From Phycisphaerae bacterium (GTDB lineage Bacteria; Planctomycetota; Phycisphaerae; Sedimentisphaerales; SM23-30): 64,000 nucleotides of DNA. Positions within the stretch are counted from its first letter, which is position 1, and each line of letters starts with the position of its first letter. Shown here one piece after another: positions 51,539 through 58,487 of this stretch. Under the pieces are notes generated by a model. That model saw nothing but the letters and a program-made list of their open reading frames with translations, searched no databases and was not told the DNA's origin. A program made the position numbers and the translations under genes. The DNA is taken from positions 1 through 64,000 of the forward strand of contig JAEIOG010000008.1 of the NCBI GenBank assembly GCA_016342495.1, read 5' to 3'.

Positions 51539-51701
51539 TCATTTTATGGGTTTATTGTCTGGATTTGATCTGTTGGTAATTTTATTGTTTTTTATGGCGA
51601 TACTATATATAATAACAGCTTGTATGCAGCTTGAGCAGAAGACTGAGCCATCTGACTCACACTGGCATTGGACATGTTTATTTGATTCAAATTATTTCTA
51701 A
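51528..51701 (+). CDS. Small hydrophobic peptide (57 aa) with a C-terminal 'SHWHWTCLFDSNYF'. It is translationally coupled to the anSME stop and 30 nt upstream of the tryptophanase-like gene.
   Basis: ATG at 51528 overlaps the anSME 3' end in another frame. It has a predicted TM segment 'GLLSGFDLLVILLFFMAILYIITAC'. Confidence 0.3.
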   Translation: MDNNHFMGLLSGFDLLVILLFFMAILYIITACMQLEQKTEPSDSHWHWTCLFDSNYF

Positions 51702-51731
51702 TCGGCTCAATAGAAAAAGAAAGAAAGCACC

Positions 51732-53180
51732 ATGGCAAATATCAAATATTTTTTGGGTGAACAAATCCCTCTTGAAATGCATAAAGTACGAGTAGTTCAG
51801 AGGTTAGACCTGGTTCCTATCGAAAGGCGACTGGAAGCCATCAAAGAGGGCGGTAATAATACTTTTCTACTTTTCAATAAAGATATTTATCTTGATATGC
51901 TCACCGACAGTGGCGTAAATGCCATGAGTGATAAGCAGATAGCTTCAATGATGGTAGCTGATGACAGCTATGCCGGCTCGGCGACATTTACCCGCCTTGA
52001 GAGTAAGCTTGCTGAAATATTTGATAAAAAGTTTTTCCTGCCTGTCCATCAGGGCCGTGCATGTGAAAATCTTCTTTCTCAGATGCTGGTCAAAGAAGGC
52101 AGTCTTGTGCCTATGAATTATCACTTTACCACTACCAAAGCCCATATTGGTGTTAATGGCGGTAAGGTTTTGGAATTATACAAGGCCGAAGCTCTTAACC
52201 CGATCAGCAGCGACCCTTTTAAAGGTGATATGGATATTGATGCGTTAAATGCATTGATTGCTAAAGAAGGTCCTGACAAAATTGCCTTTATCAGAATTGA
52301 AGCAGGAACTAACCTGATCGGCGGCCAACCGGTTTCTCTGGCAAACTATGAAATTGTAAGTAAAATTTCCCGTGATAATGGGATACCTTTTATTGTTGAT
52401 GCCAGTTTGCTGGCTGATAATCTGCATTTTATCAAGCAGCGTGAAGATGCCTGCAAGGAAATGTCGATTCGTGAAATCACTAAGCGGATTTCGGATGCTT
52501 CTGATATCATTTACTTCTCTGCCCGCAAGCTTGGCCATGTCAGAGGCGGGGGGATTATCACTAATGATGAAAAGACATTTAAGACTTTGTTGGAAATGCT
52601 ACCGCTTTATGAAGGTTTTTCGACTTATGGCGGGATGTCCGTGCGTGAAATGGAAGCTATGACCGTTGGTTTGGAAGAGACCATGGATGAAGAGATGATT
52701 AATCAGGGTCCGGTCTTTATTGAGTTTATGGTTAATGAGTTGACTCGTCTGGGGATACCGGTTATCACACCTCCCGGCGGTTTGGGTGCCCATCTGGACG
52801 CTATGGCATTCCTTGATCATGTCCCTCGTGGGGAATATCGCGCCGGAGCTTTAGCTTCTGCTCTCTATATCGCCAGTGGCGTAAGAGGAATGGAAAGAGG
52901 AACGATCTCCGAAGAGCGTGAAGCCGACGGCAGCGATCACCTGGCCGCTGTTGAACTTTTGAGACTGGCTCTGCCTCGTCGGGTTTTTACTCTTTCACAG
53001 ATCAAATACACTATCGACCGCATCGCCTGGCTGTATGAAAATCGCAAATTGATCGGTGGTTTGAAGTTCTATGAAGAACCTAAGGTGCTGCGATTCTTCT
53101 TTGGTAAGCTGGAGCCGACTTCTAACTGGCAGGAGAAACTTATTGCCAAGTTCAAAGCAGATTTCGGCGAGAGTCTATAA
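51732..53180 (+). CDS. Tryptophanase / tyrosine phenol-lyase family (PLP beta-eliminating lyase)
   Basis: 'NTFLLFNKDIYLDMLTDSGVNAMSDKQ' aligns with TnaA '[25 protein letters not shown]'. It is 482 aa, with an 'SARKLG' PLP-lysine region. Confidence 0.75.
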   Translation: MANIKYFLGEQIPLEMHKVRVVQRLDLVPIERRLEAIKEGGNNTFLLFNKDIYLDMLTDSGVNAMSDKQIASMMVADDSYAGSATFTRLESKLAEIFDKKFFLPVHQGRACENLLSQMLVKEGSLVPMNYHFTTTKAHIGVNGGKVLELYKAEALNPISSDPFKGDMDIDALNALIAKEGPDKIAFIRIEAGTNLIGGQPVSLANYEIVSKISRDNGIPFIVDASLLADNLHFIKQREDACKEMSIREITKRISDASDIIYFSARKLGHVRGGGIITNDEKTFKTLLEMLPLYEGFSTYGGMSVREMEAMTVGLEETMDEEMINQGPVFIEFMVNELTRLGIPVITPPGGLGAHLDAMAFLDHVPRGEYRAGALASALYIASGVRGMERGTISEEREADGSDHLAAVELLRLALPRRVFTLSQIKYTIDRIAWLYENRKLIGGLKFYEEPKVLRFFFGKLEPTSNWQEKLIAKFKADFGESL

Positions 53181-53353
53181 TTATCAGCGAATATATATCG
53201 GCATCCTGATCATTTTGGTTGGGATGCTTTTTCCCCAGAGAGTATCTTTTCTTTAATTTCAGGATAAGCCAGATAAATAATAAAAAAAATCCGGCTGCAA
53301 CCTTGCCTGGCTCAGCCGGATAATTATCTATTGATTTAACTAATAGCTGTCCA

Positions 53354-55207
53354 TCATTTCTCCGCGGCTAAATAAAGCTTGACCCGGCAGTCAATAAGAT
53401 TATCTTTGGCCTTCACTGATTTATCAGTGATATTAAACTGCCAGCCGGCTTTGCCATCAGTCAGCATAACCACGGTATTTAACGTGATAAGGGCTACCAG
53501 CGGCTTATCGGTTTCGGCCAGCACCTTCATAATGGTCGGGCGCGGGTCAGCAGCACCGGTAAGACCCAGGAATTCGGCTGCCCGAACCTTCACCAGCTCA
53601 TTATCATCCTTTTCAGCGATGGCTTTGGCCTTATCATAGAAGTCCGCTGCCTGATTGCCAAAACAGCTGCACACGATTAAGGCCCAGTAACGCTTGAATG
53701 GATCCTTATCTGCCAGTGCCCGGTCAATACCAGCTTTGGCCTTGTCATAATCTTCCAATGCCAGGTCCGCCACATCGATTAATTCGGCGATACGTCCCTT
53801 ATTTTTTATTCCAAAGGCGATCGGATCGCCAAAGGCATGCTCACAGAGATAACTTTCCGGGAAGAAACTCAAATCCGGCAATGCCTTAGCCTGATTTTGC
53901 AGTTTGCCGCGTAGCTGAGCTAACACATCTCGATAAGCCGGATCCTTAGCGAGGTTCTTAACTTCATAGGGATCCTTAACCACATCGAATAAAGTCTCCG
54001 GATCACGGCCCAAAAAGAACTGGCTTTGCACTTCATTGAGTTTACCAGCTTTATAAAGCTCTCTCCATTCCTGATAAGCGATCATTTTATAGCGATAATT
54101 ATTCTGCAGGGCATCGAAATTAAAACCCTGATAGTTGCGATGATACTTAAATTGACCCTTCCGGACAGTTCGCACCATATCATACTTTTCATCAAAGCGG
54201 TCAGCGATCCCATAAGCTTCATCCTGCCGAGCAACAGCTTTGATATCGACCTTAGGTCCCAGGAAAGGCTTGCCATCAGCTAACTCAGGAATCTTAACAC
54301 CGGCCAGATTCAATGCCGTTGGGGCCATATCGATAAAATTGACAAAGCCATCGAATCTTGTACCTGCCTTTAAGTCGATCAGATGCCTGAAATTAGCCGG
54401 GATCCGCATGACCATCGGCACATGCAGCCCGGTTTCATAGAGATAACCCTTGCTGCGTGGGGTAACTCCGCCATGATCGCCAAAATAAAAGATGAAAGTA
54501 TCTTCCAGAACGCCCTGAGCCTCTAATTTAGCGACCATTTCACCAATTTGCTCATCGAGAATCTCATGATGCTTGTAATATTGATTATAAGTCTTGCGGA
54601 AAACCTCGGTGTCAGGGTAATGAGGGGGAAGTTTAATATCTTTATTGTCGATACCGGTCTTGCCGGCCTTTTGCAGCGGTCCTTCATGGGTAATAGCGAA
54701 CTGATGTTGATGGAAAAACGGCTGGCCGGGCTGCCGGCCTTGCCAGGTTTTATTGGAGTCAAAGACATCTTTGCCCCAGTTAAAGTTAAAATCGGTCTTA
54801 CGAAAATAAGAAGTATAATAACCGGCCTGCTTCAGATAAGCCGGAAAGGGCTTTAGGCCATCGGGCAGCTCAACTGGCTGATATTTACGGTGATAATGGA
54901 TCGCCAGCTTATTAGGATAGCAGCCAGTGATCAAGGTAGACCTTGCCGCCGAGCAGACCGGGCAATTGGAAAAGGCATGGTCAAAGATAACACCCTTGCC
55001 GGCGAGCTTATTGACATTGGGCATATCCACACCATCTCTATTATAGATATTGCAGAAGTGTTGGGAATTATCTTCGGATATCAGCCAGACTATATTAGGC
55101 CTTTTACCCTTGATCGGGCTCTGGCTGAAGCAATTATCAGAGCCCAGTAGAACGGCACCCAGGCTCAAACCGGCCATTTTAATGAATTGACGACGACTAT
55201 TTGGCAT
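53354..55207 (-). CDS. Cys-type sulfatase (arylsulfatase family) with a Tat-like signal and a C-terminal HEAT/ARM-like extension
   Basis: 'MPNSRRQFIKMAGLSLGAVLL' and 'PNIVWLISEDNS...CPVCSAARSTLITG' give a C-x-A-x-R FGly motif variant. 617 aa. Confidence 0.75.
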   Translation of the reverse strand: MPNSRRQFIKMAGLSLGAVLLGSDNCFSQSPIKGKRPNIVWLISEDNSQHFCNIYNRDGVDMPNVNKLAGKGVIFDHAFSNCPVCSAARSTLITGCYPNKLAIHYHRKYQPVELPDGLKPFPAYLKQAGYYTSYFRKTDFNFNWGKDVFDSNKTWQGRQPGQPFFHQHQFAITHEGPLQKAGKTGIDNKDIKLPPHYPDTEVFRKTYNQYYKHHEILDEQIGEMVAKLEAQGVLEDTFIFYFGDHGGVTPRSKGYLYETGLHVPMVMRIPANFRHLIDLKAGTRFDGFVNFIDMAPTALNLAGVKIPELADGKPFLGPKVDIKAVARQDEAYGIADRFDEKYDMVRTVRKGQFKYHRNYQGFNFDALQNNYRYKMIAYQEWRELYKAGKLNEVQSQFFLGRDPETLFDVVKDPYEVKNLAKDPAYRDVLAQLRGKLQNQAKALPDLSFFPESYLCEHAFGDPIAFGIKNKGRIAELIDVADLALEDYDKAKAGIDRALADKDPFKRYWALIVCSCFGNQAADFYDKAKAIAEKDDNELVKVRAAEFLGLTGAADPRPTIMKVLAETDKPLVALITLNTVVMLTDGKAGWQFNITDKSVKAKDNLIDCRVKLYLAAEK

Positions 55208-55304
55208 ATTTTACTCCTTTAACGGTGAAAAAGTGGCTTCGATATAGAGGATATTTCTCCAAAGACCCCAATTTGCCCAAAAATCCCCTCAAAATTAATA
55301 ATAA

Positions 55305-55830
55305 TCCAGCTTAAAGCTGGACATAACTTACATAAGGATCATTGGTCGCCAGCTTGAAGCTGGACACAGCTTACATAAGGATCATGGTCGGTGGGTACTC
55401 CCGCTTCCGTTGGTCGCTGCATCAGCCAGAACGTCATAAGCGGGGGACAAATGTTGATGCGGCCGTGACACATTTTGTAGAGAGTTTGCATGCAACGTCT
55501 CCACCCCCGGCCAGATGCCAGTCGCCAGAAACACCGGTCAAATACAATACCGGCATTATGAATCATTCAATATGTAGGACAAGCATCTTGCTTGTCATTT
55601 ATCCCCAGGCACCAGCACAATGAAACCAATATCAAGCAGGATGCTCGACCTACTTTGCCCAATGCAGGTTGAACCTGCTTACAACTTACATAAGGATCAT
55701 GGTCGGTGGGAGCTCCCGCTTCCGTTGGTCGCTGCTGCCGGCAGAACGTCACAGGCGGGGGACAAATGTTGATGCGGCCGTGACATATTTGTAGAGACAA
55801 GGCACCCCTTGTCTCAGCTTCCGGCTAAAT
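55305..55830. repeat. Copy B of the composite palindrome-rich repeat element (about 1.4 tandem units), inverted relative to copies A and C and directly 5' of the minus-strand sulfatase gene
   Basis: A 120-bp block 'cttacataaggatcatggtcggtggg..ctcccgcttccgttggtcgctgc...gcgggggacaaatgttgatgcggccgtgaca.attttgtagaga' occurs at 55371 and 55685. The palindromes are CCAGCTTAAAGCTGG and CCAGCTTGAAGCTGG. The reverse complement aligns with 57700-58060. Confidence 0.75.
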
Positions 55831-56043
55831 GTCAGGCAACTTAAGATAAAAGCAGGGGCGCAGAAGGTATAAGTTAATCCATTTAAAATAGAAATCTCCC
55901 ACCAACTGACAAATTCGGCTTTGCTAAGGCACAGATTTGGCGGATTTAATACTTGAAAACATCAAAGTGAGGAGTTAGTATTGATAAACCAGTTAAGAAT
56001 AAGTCAACCGTTGAGCAGTTTGGCTTAACAAAGGAACAAAGCT

Positions 56044-56670
56044 ATGGGAATAACGGAATCAAACATTTACCTAATATTCACTTTCATACTAGTTATCCTG
56101 ACAGCTAACATCAAATCCTTCAAGGATTGTTCGCTAGAGCCTGTCCGTTGGTATGATCTGACTGTATCGTCATGGATAATAGTGGCTATTATGTGCCTGC
56201 CACATAATATGCCCGGACATTTCACTTTCGTTGTCTGCTTTATGGTGGTGATGTATTTGTTATCCCTGCTTTTATGGCGATTTATGTTGCTATTTACCAA
56301 TGATCGTTCGCTTCAACGTCGCTGTTTGCCTTTACTTCGCATAATCAGCAGTGTTTTCATTTTTATCATAATGGTTTTATGGTCACAGCTGGCTTTTGCC
56401 GATGCCAAAGACTTCGCCGATGCCACTGCCCGAGAGCTTCAGGCTCAGATAGAAACTCAAGGCAGCTGTCCGGAGACTATCGATGGCTGGCAATCGGATT
56501 TAGGAAACCACCTTATCGCCTGGCATGGCAGCTATGGAATCAAATACCCTGTAAGATGCTTCTTGGATGACAGCGAAGACAGCTTCACAATCTTTATCAG
56601 TCAACATTTTGGCGAGAAATATATAATAACCGGCGGACTAAACAACAAATTATACTATGCCACCGAGTGA
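56044..56670 (+). CDS. Hypothetical membrane protein, paralog 1 (208 aa), with N-terminal TM helices and a conserved C-terminal 'AFADAKDFADATARELQAQIETQGSCPETIDGWQSD' domain
   Basis: It is 55-60% identical to the adjacent ORF, and the upstream 40 bp including the RBS region is also duplicated. Confidence 0.6.
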   Translation: MGITESNIYLIFTFILVILTANIKSFKDCSLEPVRWYDLTVSSWIIVAIMCLPHNMPGHFTFVVCFMVVMYLLSLLLWRFMLLFTNDRSLQRRCLPLLRIISSVFIFIIMVLWSQLAFADAKDFADATARELQAQIETQGSCPETIDGWQSDLGNHLIAWHGSYGIKYPVRCFLDDSEDSFTIFISQHFGEKYIITGGLNNKLYYATE

Positions 56671-56757
56671 GTGGATTAATTAAAAGCAAAGTTATCCGCA
56701 GATATACGCAGAATATGTCAACCGTTGATTATTTTGGCTTAACAAAGGAGTTTAGCT

Positions 56758-57384
56758 ATGGATATAATGGAAGTATCATTTTACATATTAATATTTTTTG
56801 TGTTAGTTATTCTGGTATTTTACATAAGATCAATCAAAAATCACCAGCAGGAGCCCATCGGCTTGCTTCATCTGACAATACCAACTTTGCTAATACTCGC
56901 TTTCATTGGGCTTCCGCATAATATGCCTGGACTTTGGATTTTCGCAGGTTACTTCTTGGCTGTAATGTGGGTGCTTTCCCTGCTGCTGATGCGTTGGGTG
57001 CGGTCTTTAACTGATGCTCGCCCACTTCTGCGGCGCCATATTTCCTCTGTTCATGCGTTTATGAGCATTTTAATCTTTATCATAATGCTCTTATGGGCGC
57101 AGCTGGCTTATGCCGATGCCAAAGACTTCGCCGATGCCACCGCCCGGAAGATACAAGCTCAGATAGAAACCGAAGGCAGCTGCCCGGAGACTATCGATGG
57201 CTGGCAATCGGATTCAGGGGGATTCCTTAGCACCTGGCATGGCCGCTATGGAATAAAATTCCCTGTAAACTACACCTTAAACGAAAGCAAAGACTGCTTC
57301 ACAATCAGCATCGTACCCCATATTGCCCAACGCTATACAATAACCGGCGGCCCGAACCGCAAATTACATTATGCCACCGAGTAA
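56758..57384 (+). CDS. Hypothetical membrane protein, paralog 2 (208 aa)
   Basis: Tandem duplicate of 56044-56670. The motif 'TTATCCGCAGA' follows both genes. Confidence 0.6.
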   Translation: MDIMEVSFYILIFFVLVILVFYIRSIKNHQQEPIGLLHLTIPTLLILAFIGLPHNMPGLWIFAGYFLAVMWVLSLLLMRWVRSLTDARPLLRRHISSVHAFMSILIFIIMLLWAQLAYADAKDFADATARKIQAQIETEGSCPETIDGWQSDSGGFLSTWHGRYGIKFPVNYTLNESKDCFTISIVPHIAQRYTITGGPNRKLHYATE

Positions 57385-57589
57385 GTGGATTAATTAAAAA
57401 CAAATATTATCCGCAGACTGGCATAGCCAGCTTTACAAAGGGCATAGCCAGCTTTACTGAGACACAGATAAGACATCGGCGACCGCCGCTGAAATACGAA
57501 AATATATAAAATTCATCTTCGCTGCTGTTAAGCAGCTCTTATCTGCGTTCATCTGCGGATAAAAGTAATGATTTAATTAAAGACCCTGT

Positions 57590-58065
57590 CCCCCGCATCC
57601 GACGTTCAGCCGGATGCAGGCGGCAACGCCGCCGGTGGCACTTGCCAACCAGTGATTCTTATGTAAGGAGGGTGCAGGCTCAGCCTGTTGTGTGCAGGTT
57701 CAAGCTGGAGGGTGCAGGCTCAGCCTGCATTGGGCCAAGTAGGTCGAGCATCCTGCTTGACATTGGTTTTATTGTGCTGTTGCCTGGGGAAAAATGACAA
57801 GCAGGATGCTTGCGCTACTTATTGAATGAATCATAACGCTGGTATTCTATTTGACATTTGTCTCTGGTGCTCGACATCTGGCCGGATGCCCAGACAAGGG
57901 GTGCCTTGTCTCTACCAAATATGTCACGGGCGAATTAATATTTTCCCTCGGCCTGCGACGTTCTGGCTGATGCAGGCGGCAACGCCGCCGATAGCACTTG
58001 CCAACCAGTGATTCTTATGTAAGGAGGGTGCAGGCTCAGCCTGTTGTGTGCAGGCTCAGCCTGGT
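57590..58065. repeat. Copy C of the composite repeat element (about 1.35 tandem units), upstream of the triple-module LRR gene
   Basis: 'ccggatgcaggcggcaacgccgccg.t.gcacttgccaaccagtgattcttatgtaaggagggtgcaggctcagcctg' occurs at 57610 and 57960. The CAGGCTCAGCCTG palindrome occurs three times, along with the hairpin 'agacaaggggtgccttgtct'. Confidence 0.75.
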
Positions 58066-58072
58066 TGGGTTA

Positions 58073-58198
58073 AAAGTGAACTTGATTCTGGCAAAAGTGA
58101 ATTCAATTCTGTCAAAAGTGAGTTCAATTATGTTAGAAGTGAATTCAATTCTGTCGAAAGTGAACTTGATTCTGTCAGAAGTGAACTTGATTATTACT
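58073..58198. repeat. Six tandem copies of a 21-bp unit (consensus AAAGTGAAYTYRATTCTGTCR), with no spacers
   Basis: The units begin at 58073, 58094, 58115, 58136, 58157 and 58178, with 2-5 mismatches each. Confidence 0.8.
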
Positions 58199-58487
58199 CT
58201 TTTAAGCATGATTTTGCCTGTTTCGAAGGGGGAAATGGCTGTTTTACGCTGAAATCCGGCTTTTATTTATCGGTCCGGGCCGCTGGCGGGGGCATTGGCG
58301 GCTCTTTGACGCTGATTTGTGGCTGACTTTAAGATATTATTGAAGATTCCTGCTGGGCCGGCCTTGATTGTGGCGGTTGGGCAGGGTTGATCGTACCAGT
58401 TTTTTTCTATTGCATAGCAGTATGGCCCGGTTTATAATCTCCCTGCGGCAGAAATGAAGCTTAACGGCCCCCAGCGGAGATCAAACC

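Noticed and set aside
55305-58065. Annotating the inverted-repeat-bounded segment as a transposon / IS element
   Set aside because: No transposase, integrase or invertase ORF lies within or beside it. Only a repeat call is supported.
58073-58198. Possible CRISPR array
   Set aside because: The 21-bp units are contiguous with no unique spacers and too short and degenerate for CRISPR repeats. No cas genes are in the window.
57998-58326. ORFs (84 and 92 aa) reading through the 21-bp tandem array
   Set aside because: Their periodic 'KVNSILS / SEFNSV' translations are an artefact of a 21-bp (7-codon) tandem repeat. They have no start context.
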